A DNA stretch of 43,617 nucleotides from Candidatus Collierbacteria bacterium. Its GTDB lineage: Bacteria; Patescibacteriota; Microgenomatia; UBA1400; MFAQ01. The notes beneath the pieces are model-generated. The model did not search any database. It was not told the origin of the DNA and saw nothing but the letters and a program-made list of their open reading frames with translations. Of the stretch, positions 21,918-31,298 are shown piece after piece (position 1 is the first letter of the stretch; the number at the start of each line of letters is the position of its first letter). A program made the position numbers and the translations under genes. The stretch spans positions 1 to 43,617 of the forward strand of contig JAHFKQ010000001.1 in assembly GCA_023245265.1 (NCBI GenBank), in the 5' to 3' direction.

Positions 21918-22946
21918 TTAAATCAAAGTCTGGTTTTCTTCCAAAAATTCCTCCACCATTATTTCCACCTCCTCGGCATTATCCGCCGTCATAAGCTTCT
22001 TTCTCAAACCCACAGAGCCTTCAAAACCTCGAGCAAAACAAGCGAGGTGTTTGCGCATTGGAAAAAACTGATAGTGTAGTTCATCATAATTTTCGTTAAA
22101 CAGTTCTTGGTATTTTTTTGCCTGCTCCACCGCCACCCTAAGTTTTTCCTCCACCGTTGGCACATAGTTATCCTTTCTTAGGACCCAGGGATTACCCAGA
22201 GCTTCTCGTCCAATCAAGACTCCGTCCATTTTACCGGTCAAATCAATTTCCCTCCCGCTTTTTGTCACTATTTTAAGCTCTTGCTTGGTTGCCACCTTAA
22301 CTTCTTTTACATCCCCATTCCCCAAAAACTTCGCTCCACTGGCCCGAATTACTTCCGCCGCTTGGAGCAAAATCTCCCAATCGGCTTCTCCAGAATAAAG
22401 TTGCTTAAACGATCGACCATGCATCGCGACCGCCGGCAGTTTCATCTCAGCCAGCAGTTTCCACCATTCAGGGTCAGGGGCTTCACTTCCGATTCTCGTC
22501 TTGACGCTCACCGGCAGGTCTCCCGCCCCTCTTCTGGTTGCCTCGATCACTTCTCTGGCGTTACATTTGTCACGGATTAGGCCGGCACCGCCACCCCTTT
22601 TTTCGAGACCGGGGGAAGGACAGCCCATGTTAATATCAATACCGTCAAATCCTAGTTCAACACAGATTTTGGCCGCTTCGTAAAATGACTCCGGGTCACT
22701 GCCAAAGATCTGGGCGATGACCGGTCTTTCACTCTCAGAATACTTCAGCTCATTCCAGATTTTATGTTCCAGGTCCCCCCTTTTCTTTATCCTCCATAGC
22801 CCCTCGGCACTCACAAATTCGGTGTAGATAATATCCGGTTGGCCATATTTTTTAGCCACAAAACGCATGGAAGCGTCCGTCACCCCATCCATGGGCGACA
22901 GACCGATAATCGGACTAGATAATAGACCCCAAAAACCTTTCTGCAT
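21918..22946 (-). CDS. tRNA-dihydrouridine synthase (DusB-like)
   Basis: SPMDGVTD, DINMGCP, SVKTRIG, HGR and GNGDV motifs. Confidence 0.93.
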   Translation of the reverse strand: MQKGFWGLLSSPIIGLSPMDGVTDASMRFVAKKYGQPDIIYTEFVSAEGLWRIKKRGDLEHKIWNELKYSESERPVIAQIFGSDPESFYEAAKICVELGFDGIDINMGCPSPGLEKRGGGAGLIRDKCNAREVIEATRRGAGDLPVSVKTRIGSEAPDPEWWKLLAEMKLPAVAMHGRSFKQLYSGEADWEILLQAAEVIRASGAKFLGNGDVKEVKVATKQELKIVTKSGREIDLTGKMDGVLIGREALGNPWVLRKDNYVPTVEEKLRVAVEQAKKYQELFNENYDELHYQFFPMRKHLACFARGFEGSVGLRKKLMTADNAEEVEIMVEEFLEENQTLI

Positions 22947-22955
22947 CCGTATATT

Positions 22956-23561
22956 TTACCTCATCAACCTCGCACCCTGCTTTCCAATCCTCTTTCCCCC
23001 ATAAGTCTGACTTTCTCGAAAATCCCTATTTTTTCGAGCTTCATCTCGCTGTTGTCTTTCTTGGACCTCGATTTGCTTAAGTTCTTCAGCCGTCGGCTCG
23101 GGGTAATCGTCAAAACGCTTATCATCTTCCTTAAAGGTAAAATGGCTGCCTCCCCCAGCTAAATCTCGAAACTCTCTCAGGCCATCAAGTGCATTGTAAG
23201 CCGCCTCACTTTGATCATAATCGGCTTCCCTTTGGTACTCAATTTCTTTCTCAAAAATAGCTTCCGGCATACTCTCTGCTTCCATCTCTTGTTGTTCAAA
23301 AACCCTCTCCCGCTTTCTCTTAAACTCTGCCTCCAATTCCATATCATCTCTTTGGTACTTATGTTTCCTAGATTCGGTAGCTTTCGTTCCCGAGTCTTTT
23401 CGTCTGTTATTAACACCGATTTCTTTTTGTGGTAAAAAGCTCTCCTGCTGTTTCTTTGAAATAGTTTTTTCCAAATGAGCCGGGCCTAGATTTACATCTT
23501 TCTCATACTCATCTTGGTCTCGTATCAACTTTTCAAACCAATCATTATCTCTATGGTCCAT
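22956..23561 (-). CDS. Highly charged, probably disordered hypothetical protein
   Basis: 201 aa rich in E/D/K/R; co-oriented and tightly spaced within the operon. Confidence 0.7.
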   Translation of the reverse strand: MDHRDNDWFEKLIRDQDEYEKDVNLGPAHLEKTISKKQQESFLPQKEIGVNNRRKDSGTKATESRKHKYQRDDMELEAEFKRKRERVFEQQEMEAESMPEAIFEKEIEYQREADYDQSEAAYNALDGLREFRDLAGGGSHFTFKEDDKRFDDYPEPTAEELKQIEVQERQQRDEARKNRDFRESQTYGGKRIGKQGARLMR

Positions 23562-23568
23562 AAAAAAA

Positions 23569-24324
23569 TTATAAACTATCAGTTTGAACCCTCCGCACCC
23601 CCATCAGCCATTTTTTGTAGATTTCGCCATCCACCCCTTTATCAATCCAGCGTTTTTCAAACTCTTCTCTGGCCATACTAAAAACCCCAATCCCCGCTCC
23701 CGGAGTATATTCTTCATCATAAGAAGGGTCTATCAACCACACCTTCTCCTCGTCGATGTCAAAGATAATGGAGTAGTGCCCACATTCCAGTTTTTCTATT
23801 TCTTCTTCCGATCCCTCGGATTGATAGCTAATCAGCACCACCCCATCATTATTTAAGACATTTTCAACATCAGTGAGACTCGCTTCCCAAATTTCCAGAT
23901 AGGGAATTTTTTCCTCTTCCAGCACTTCTTTTATCTTTTCGGATTTGGTCCCATCTATCGGGTTTACATCTAGTCTGCGATAGACATCGGTTTTTAAAAC
24001 ACCTTCTCGATTTATCATGAGCATCAAGGTGCTGAAGGCCGCCCCACCACAATCATAATCAAATTTCTGAGCCACAATATGCTCCGGACTTTTCCGATGC
24101 TTACCGTTTTCCAAGGTCTTCCCATCTAATATGATTTTAGACAAATAGTCAATACTATCAGCCACTTTTCCTATCTCCCAAGACTTCGGATATTCTGTTT
24201 TTTGCTTCAGAGCTTTATTCGCCAATCCTCTGCCGATATATAGCACCCCTTCGCCCTTTTTACCCAGCACTTTCTTAAGTTCTGCCGCCAGTATTTTTAG
24301 TTTCGGGTCAAAAACAATTTTCAT
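23569..24324 (-). CDS. Stand-alone C39-like cysteine peptidase with an N-terminal extension
   Basis: QKFDYDCG, GT, GHY, IDP and terminal W motifs. Confidence 0.85.
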   Translation of the reverse strand: MKIVFDPKLKILAAELKKVLGKKGEGVLYIGRGLANKALKQKTEYPKSWEIGKVADSIDYLSKIILDGKTLENGKHRKSPEHIVAQKFDYDCGGAAFSTLMLMINREGVLKTDVYRRLDVNPIDGTKSEKIKEVLEEEKIPYLEIWEASLTDVENVLNNDGVVLISYQSEGSEEEIEKLECGHYSIIFDIDEEKVWLIDPSYDEEYTPGAGIGVFSMAREEFEKRWIDKGVDGEIYKKWLMGVRRVQTDSL

Positions 24325-24328
24325 AGAT

Positions 24329-24727
24329 CTACTGTTTTACCGCCATCCCGGCTTTCAGTAACGCTTCATTTACCTGCACACCCTTACTACAGTCGGCAAA
24401 ACCCAACACATTTTTAACGCAGCCAATCCATACCGCATAATTACCATTTTCACTCTTAGTTATCCACACTTCTTTGTTTGAGAGCATTTGAGACAATAAA
24501 AATATCGCCGCTTCATAGCCTTCTTCTCCCGGAGTTTTTACTCTAACTTTTGCAAGAGTTATTTTTCTGCCATCGCCCAAGACTAGCCGACCGTCAGATT
24601 CGATACCGGCGACACGAGTCTCCTGTCCATACACTTTAAGAACTACCCCAGCGAGTCCCAAGAGAACCGCCAATCCGATCAATGTCGGCACTATTTTTTG
24701 GGAGAAATTCCATTCTTTAGCCACCAA
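24329..24727 (-). CDS. Membrane-anchored truncated SNase-like OB-fold protein
   Basis: TM and VNEALLKAGMA; lacks the DGDT and DAPE catalytic motifs. Confidence 0.6.
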   Translation of the reverse strand: MVAKEWNFSQKIVPTLIGLAVLLGLAGVVLKVYGQETRVAGIESDGRLVLGDGRKITLAKVRVKTPGEEGYEAAIFLLSQMLSNKEVWITKSENGNYAVWIGCVKNVLGFADCSKGVQVNEALLKAGMAVKQ

Positions 24728-24756
24728 ATTATCTTAGCAGATACTTAAAACTAAGG

Positions 24757-25308
24757 CTAAACGGCGATCATCCAGTGATCGTAAACTTCCCCTTTGTGGT
24801 CCATATCTCTCCACCTGCTCTCAAAGACTGTCTTTCGGATTTTCCGTACCCCCTTGCCATATCTGGTCTTGCCGCCCTTCACAAAAGGATCAGCTAGCCA
24901 CAAGTAATCCCTTTCAAACCCAAAAACTACCGAGTAGTGCCCACTTTCCATTCTTTCATAGTCTCTATGGCTGCCCCAAGCCTGATAGACCACCAGGCAG
25001 AGTCTCTGCCTTTTTAGCCTACTTTCCAGGTCTTCTAGAGTGGCTCCGTGAGTCTCCCGGAATTTTAGGTCCATCTCCTTTAGGAAGGCCTTAATTCTTT
25101 CCGGGTGAGTACCCACCTTGCTACTCGTGCCTAGCCTCTTTTTGAGGGTGTCTTTTCTCTGCTTCAGACCAAGGCTGTTTAGGATCGTCATGACTGAGGA
25201 CAGTCCACACTCATACCCATTCTCCTGACGAGAGGGTTTCACAGGCACGAGTAGTATCTTTTCTTTCTTAACCGCCATGGCCCCAATTTTAGGGCCACCT
25301 CTAGGCAT
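24757..25308 (-). CDS. Stand-alone C39-like cysteine peptidase
   Basis: QENGYECG, GT, GHY, ADP and FESRW motifs. Confidence 0.85.
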   Translation of the reverse strand: MPRGGPKIGAMAVKKEKILLVPVKPSRQENGYECGLSSVMTILNSLGLKQRKDTLKKRLGTSSKVGTHPERIKAFLKEMDLKFRETHGATLEDLESRLKRQRLCLVVYQAWGSHRDYERMESGHYSVVFGFERDYLWLADPFVKGGKTRYGKGVRKIRKTVFESRWRDMDHKGEVYDHWMIAV

Positions 25309-25346
25309 TTACAACTCCCAATCCAGCCTCAAAAAGCCCATATATC

Positions 25347-25378
25347 GAAAAAAATCTCCCCCTGCTTGGGAGAGACAT
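25347..25378 (-). terminator. Terminator after tRNA-Ile
   Basis: TCTCTCCC...GGGGGAGA plus T-run on the minus strand. Confidence 0.7.
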
Positions 25379-25382
25379 TTTG

Positions 25383-25456
25383 TGGGCGCTCTTGGAATCG
25401 AACCAAGCACCTCGGTCTTATCAGGACCGCGCTCTAACCATATGAGCTAAGCGCCC
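25383..25456 (-). tRNA. tRNA-Ile(GAT), CCA not encoded
   Basis: GGGCGCT...AGCGCCCA; anticodon arm CGGTC-ct-GAT-aa-GACCG. Confidence 0.97.
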
Positions 25457-25501
25457 AAAAACTACTCGTCTATTTTAGCACAGCCAAGCTAAAATGAGCA
25501 C

Positions 25502-25528
25502 AAAAAGTCCCGCCGGTTGGCGGGACTA
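25502..25528 (-). terminator. Intrinsic terminator
   Basis: AGTCCCGCC-aacc-GGCGGGACT plus T-run. Confidence 0.85.
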
Positions 25529-25540
25529 AATAAAAAAATA

Positions 25541-25912
25541 CTAGCCCTTGGGCATGGGAATGTCCGGTTTGATTTTGACCACTTCCCAGCTTCTGTCTGA
25601 CAACTTCGTAAATTCGTACTCGATTTTGCCGTCAGGGCTGACGAGAGTGATGCCTTTTTCGGCCAAGGCTACAGCTTCCAGATTGCCATTTGAGGCCTGT
25701 TCCTGAAGCCAAGACTCAGCACTTTTAGGATTCCAATTAAAATGTTTGGTCATCATCGACTTGAGGTAGTCGAAAACTCCCAGTGAAGTCTGGTGAGTCA
25801 CTCTGGGGCCGCCCAGCTGGAAGCCGGAAAGACCTTTATTGTTTTGCTTGAATTCAGGATACCGATTAAACGGTCTCCATCCAAACAGAAATTCCTTTAG
25901 TTCAGGATCCAT
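25541..25912 (-). CDS. Hypothetical protein
   Basis: ATG 25912 with SD GAGGAGG and its own promoter TGGACA-17-TAGAAT. Confidence 0.7.
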   Translation of the reverse strand: MDPELKEFLFGWRPFNRYPEFKQNNKGLSGFQLGGPRVTHQTSLGVFDYLKSMMTKHFNWNPKSAESWLQEQASNGNLEAVALAEKGITLVSPDGKIEYEFTKLSDRSWEVVKIKPDIPMPKG

Positions 25913-26020
25913 AAAATACCTCCTCGATTTCAATGTTCTTGTCGATATTCTACCATGTCTATAGGGTATTGTCCACCCATATTAGGCATCAAAAAGCCCC
26001 TCTTCCGAGGGGCAAAGAGT

Positions 26021-26911
26021 CTAGCTATCCTGCTTGCGCAGAAAAACAAACCAGTAAACGATAGCCACAAAAACAGCGCCGCCGATAATATTTCCCATCG
26101 TCACCGGCAGCAGATTGGCAAGTAAAAAGCCTTTCCAGGTCAACAGGCCGATATGGGGAACTTTATCGGCTACCAGCAGGACAAATCCGGGATCAAAGAC
26201 CTTGATAAACAAGGCGTAGGTTATAAAGTACATATTGGCGATACTGTGCTCAAATCCGGCCGCCACAAAAGCGGTGATCGGAAAGATCACAGCCAGGATC
26301 TTGTCCCCGGTCGGTCTCGCACTATAGCTCAGCCAAACAGCGAGACACACCAGAGCGTTACACAAAATCCCCAGTGCCAAAGCTTGCCAAAATAAGAGTC
26401 CGCATTTGGCGATCGCGATATTCAAAGCCGTAATACCTACCGTATTCCCCCCAAAGGTATATTGTCTGGTGACAAACATAATGGCGGCCGTTGCAATCGA
26501 GGCGATAAAGTTTCCAAGATAGACAATGCCCCAATTTCTTAGCAGTGCCCTACCTGTCACCTTACCACTGGCCCAGGCCATCACGATCAAGTTGTTCCCG
26601 GTAAATAGTTCCGCTCCCCCAACCACGACTAAGATCAGCCCTAATGAAAAAACCAAACCGATTAACAATCTGGTGATTCCGTAAGGAAGCGCCGTTGTAA
26701 AAACGGTTGTCCCTGTCGCTGTCAAAAAAGTCATGGCGCCGGAAGCGACCGTAGTGGCAAAGATTGCCCCGAGAGAAATAAATGCCCCGGCCAAAAGAGC
26801 CAGAACAAACATTTTCATCGCCGGCATTTCAGCCTTGCGAACCCCTATCATTTCCGCTTTCTTTGCCATAGCGGCGGGCAACAGAGCATCAAAATTTTCT
26901 TGATCCATCAA
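26021..26911 (-). CDS. focA: Formate/nitrite transporter (FNT, FocA-like)
   Basis: LAGAFI, GAELFTGN, GILCNALVCLAVW, GFEHSIANMY and GNIIGG motifs; terminator at 25991-26013. Confidence 0.88.
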   Translation of the reverse strand: MMDQENFDALLPAAMAKKAEMIGVRKAEMPAMKMFVLALLAGAFISLGAIFATTVASGAMTFLTATGTTVFTTALPYGITRLLIGLVFSLGLILVVVGGAELFTGNNLIVMAWASGKVTGRALLRNWGIVYLGNFIASIATAAIMFVTRQYTFGGNTVGITALNIAIAKCGLLFWQALALGILCNALVCLAVWLSYSARPTGDKILAVIFPITAFVAAGFEHSIANMYFITYALFIKVFDPGFVLLVADKVPHIGLLTWKGFLLANLLPVTMGNIIGGAVFVAIVYWFVFLRKQDS

Positions 26912-27027
26912 TTCCTCCTCATTATTTTAAGTTGCGAACCAATTGCGTACCCCGCATTCTAAGTCTCTTTTAACTGAGACTCAACCCCCAAAACCACAAA
27001 AAACCCGCCTTTCGGCGGGTAGTCGAC

Positions 27028-27315
27028 TCATAAAAGGGTTATTAAGATCACCACCAGGCCTAGCATCAGAGCACAAAACACAACCGTTATGCTCCAATAC
27101 CCAAAATACTTTAGATAGGCCCCAAAATCAAATACTTCCCCCTCTGAAGTACAAGCTTTTCCAAAGGCCCAAGGGGTCAAAAAATAGGAAATAACAAATA
27201 ACCCCGTGGCCAAGCCAAAATGGCTAATTGTTTGCATTAAAATTCCCGTGCCCGTCACCACTGTCACCACTAAACAAATTATGGCCAAGCCTACCAAAGC
27301 GACATTTCTTAACAT
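27028..27315 (-). CDS. Small 3-TM membrane protein
   Basis: ATG 27315 with SD GGAGG; promoter TTGACA-18-TAGAAT; terminator at 26998-27022. Confidence 0.7.
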   Translation of the reverse strand: MLRNVALVGLAIICLVVTVVTGTGILMQTISHFGLATGLFVISYFLTPWAFGKACTSEGEVFDFGAYLKYFGYWSITVVFCALMLGLVVILITLL

Positions 27316-27397
27316 CCTTACCTCCATTGAGTTTTCAAATTTCTACGATAAACTATTCTACCATCTCTATAGGACATTTGTCAACCCTCTTAGGCAT

Positions 27398-27422
27398 AAA
27401 AAACCCGCCTTTCAGCGGATTT
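27398..27422 (-). terminator. Terminator of the stand-alone 16S transcript
   Basis: ATCCGCT-gaaa-GGCGGGT plus T-run after the 16S processing arm (27434-27447). Confidence 0.8.
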
Positions 27423-27552
27423 TCTGGGCTTTAAACAAGTGAAGCAGTTTTGTCATCTCAAGAGTAGCGAGAGTCAGGTAGATTTGTTTTAGACACTCAT
27501 CTACCAATAGTGTGGCGATATTATCATCGGACTCGTGAAGTCCTTAACTCCT

Positions 27553-29050
<1,498 letters not shown>

Positions 29051-29265
29051 AATTGAATAGATTACGTCACTCTCGCCACTCTTCAAACGACAAAAAAATA
29101 AAAAATATACAAATAATTGAAATCAGCTCAATTATCTGTTTGCTGCTTCACTTGTTAACGAGCTTGGGTATTTTAACAGCCGTGCTTCGCCTCCGCAAGA
29201 GCCTGTTTCAAAGGCCCCAAAAGTGGCAAAAAAAGAACTGACCGAAAACCCAAATCGGTATCCTC

Positions 29266-29295
29266 ATTTTAACACAATTTTACCTACCTTGTCCC
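29266..29295 (-). promoter_or_regulatory. Likely 16S promoter
   Basis: Extended -10 TGtTAAAAT with a weak -35 GGGACA; boxA-like GCTCGTTAACAA at 29152-29163. Confidence 0.55.
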
Positions 29296-29448
29296 ACCCG
29301 GACCTCACCCCCTTTTTAGTCATTTTTCAGGCTCAAGAAGGGCTTCTCCAATCATCCCCAAAGTCTATAACTAACCCCGAGCCCACATCTGAAGGTCTTT
29401 TTGTTAGTTAAATATTTGACGAATCGGCCGAAAATGCTATATTTAGAT

Positions 29449-29628
29449 ATGCCCAAAAAAGCTGCCCGCACCAAAAAGAAGGTTACCAAAATCACCAAGA
29501 GAGTCAAGGCTACCAAAGCCGACCAATCCTTTACCCTGGTGAAAAAGCAAGACAGTTACCTTTCCCTGCTCATGGTTATCCTTTTTGCTTCGCTTATCTT
29601 CTTAGGTTTGGTTCTTAGCCTCCGCTAG
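29449..29628 (+). CDS. Small Lys-rich protein with a C-terminal TM
   Basis: TTGACG-16-TATATT, 5 nt, then ATG; terminator at 29632-29658. Confidence 0.7.
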   Translation: MPKKAARTKKKVTKITKRVKATKADQSFTLVKKQDSYLSLLMVILFASLIFLGLVLSLR

Positions 29629-29662
29629 TCACAAAAAACCCAGGTTTCCCTGGGTTTATTAG

Positions 29663-29986
29663 TTATCTTACTAGCTCAAAAGTATTTACCTTAGACATAT
29701 AAGCTACTGCTTCATCGAAGTTTAATGGTCGTCGACTTTTACTTAATCTGAGTTCGTACTCAGGCACAAACATTTTTTCAATTCTGACCCCATTGTGCTC
29801 AAATGGATATCTTTTTATCTTGTCTAAGCCCATGAGGAGTTGTAGGTCATCCTCATTTACATAGTTTGAAGCCGAAGCAGGTCTTAAAAATACTCGACAG
29901 CCTCCGCCATCGGTTTTCTGAAGCTCTACCGAGCAGTTGTAGCCCCCATACGCATTCTTAGGCACAAACAGTACCACCTCGGACAT
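29663..29986 (-). CDS. Hypothetical protein
   Basis: SD AAGGAG; -10 TAGAAT upstream. Confidence 0.65.
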   Translation of the reverse strand: MSEVVLFVPKNAYGGYNCSVELQKTDGGGCRVFLRPASASNYVNEDDLQLLMGLDKIKRYPFEHNGVRIEKMFVPEYELRLSKSRRPLNFDEAVAYMSKVNTFELVR

Positions 29987-30067
29987 AATTTACTCCTTAA
30001 AGTGCAGAATTTTTAGGTTCAGGTATTCTACACCAAAAAGTCCCATAATACAAATTCTGGCCTCAAA

Positions 30068-31279
30068 TTAGGCAATCACTCCACCGCCCAAACACTCACC
30101 TTTTCCATCGTAAAAGACCGCACTCTGGCCACTGGCCACTCCCCGAACCGCTTTAGTTAGTTCTACCCAGTAGCCGTGTTCGGATTTAGACACCCTGGCC
30201 CCAATGAGCTCCCCCCCGTGGCGAATCCTGACAAATAGCTCGCTTATCTTCTCCAAGTCTCTTTTTTGGGGGCTCATCAAATTAACCTCTTCCACCTCAA
30301 ACAGGTCTTTGACAGCCTTATCGGCTTCTCCCACCACTAAAGTATTGTTTGTGGCATCCTTAGAAATAATATAAAACACCTCCGTTTCCCCATTTTGAGT
30401 TTTTGAGTTTCTGAGTTTCTGAGTTTTTGGGTCCAGTGTCCAGCCTCCTCTTTGTCCCACGGTATAAAACCACACCCCATCATGGGTTCCTACTTCATTT
30501 CCTTCGGTATCCATTACTTTCCCCGGTTTCTCTTTCAGTCGTCTGGCCAGAAACTCCCTCACTTCTACATTGCCGACAAAACAAATCCCTTGACTATCCT
30601 TTTTGTCCGCCACGGATAGCCCAGCTTCTTTAGCCATCTGCCGCACTTCATTTTTTACCAGGTCACCCAAAGGGAACATCACCTTTGATAATTCGTTTTG
30701 AGTCAACTTCCACAGAAAATATGTCTGATCTTTGTGTTTATCCTTCGGGATACAAAGTCGAAAAGACGGTGCCGGAGCGCTAACAAATCCGCGCGGAATC
30801 ATCCGAGGTGCACTACCGACGGGCGTGAGCACGGCATTTGTGCGGTCCAAGCCGTCTTCAAGTTTCGCATAATGACCCGTGGCTATGTAATCGAAGTTAT
30901 TTTCCATCGCCCAGTCCAAGAAAAGCCCAAATTTGATCTCCGAGTTACACAAAACATCCGGATTTGGTGTTCGACCTGCTTCATATTCCTCGTAAAAATA
31001 TTTAATTACTCGGTTGTTATACTCTTCGGAAAAATCCAAAACCTTAAAAGGAATCCCCAATTCTAAGCAAGTTTTCAAGGCACTGGCCCGATCTTCGTCA
31101 GCTCGACAACCATTTTTCTTTATCCACTCTTCACGGGTTAAACCATCCTTCTCCACTTCACTCTTGGGCGGCCAGCAGTAAAGATGGACACCGGTCACAT
31201 CATACCCCGCCTTTTTCAAAAGCAAAGCACTGACGGCGCTATCCACGCCCCCGGAAATTCCCACCGCTACTCGTTTCAT
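30068..31279 (-). CDS. mnmA: tRNA 2-thiouridylase MnmA with two sequence insertions
   Basis: SGGVDS, TPNPDVLCN, ATGHYA, KDQTYFL, DSQGICF and GQSAVFY motifs. Confidence 0.96.
   Translation of the reverse strand: MKRVAVGISGGVDSAVSALLLKKAGYDVTGVHLYCWPPKSEVEKDGLTREEWIKKNGCRADEDRASALKTCLELGIPFKVLDFSEEYNNRVIKYFYEEYEAGRTPNPDVLCNSEIKFGLFLDWAMENNFDYIATGHYAKLEDGLDRTNAVLTPVGSAPRMIPRGFVSAPAPSFRLCIPKDKHKDQTYFLWKLTQNELSKVMFPLGDLVKNEVRQMAKEAGLSVADKKDSQGICFVGNVEVREFLARRLKEKPGKVMDTEGNEVGTHDGVWFYTVGQRGGWTLDPKTQKLRNSKTQNGETEVFYIISKDATNNTLVVGEADKAVKDLFEVEEVNLMSPQKRDLEKISELFVRIRHGGELIGARVSKSEHGYWVELTKAVRGVASGQSAVFYDGKGECLGGGVIA
30393..30432. repeat. Five imperfect 8-bp tandem repeats (TTYTGAGT) inside mnmA
   Basis: ttttgagt ttttgagt ttctgagt ttctgagt ttttgggt. 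Confidence 0.85.
30763..30858. mobile_element. RPE/MITE-like palindrome inserted in frame in mnmA
   Basis: AAGACGG/CCGTCTT ends; ACAAAT-CCG/CGG-c-ATTTGT inner stem; encodes an atypical loop of about 30 aa. Confidence 0.65.
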
Positions 31280-31298
31280 TGGGGTTATTTTACCTTAT

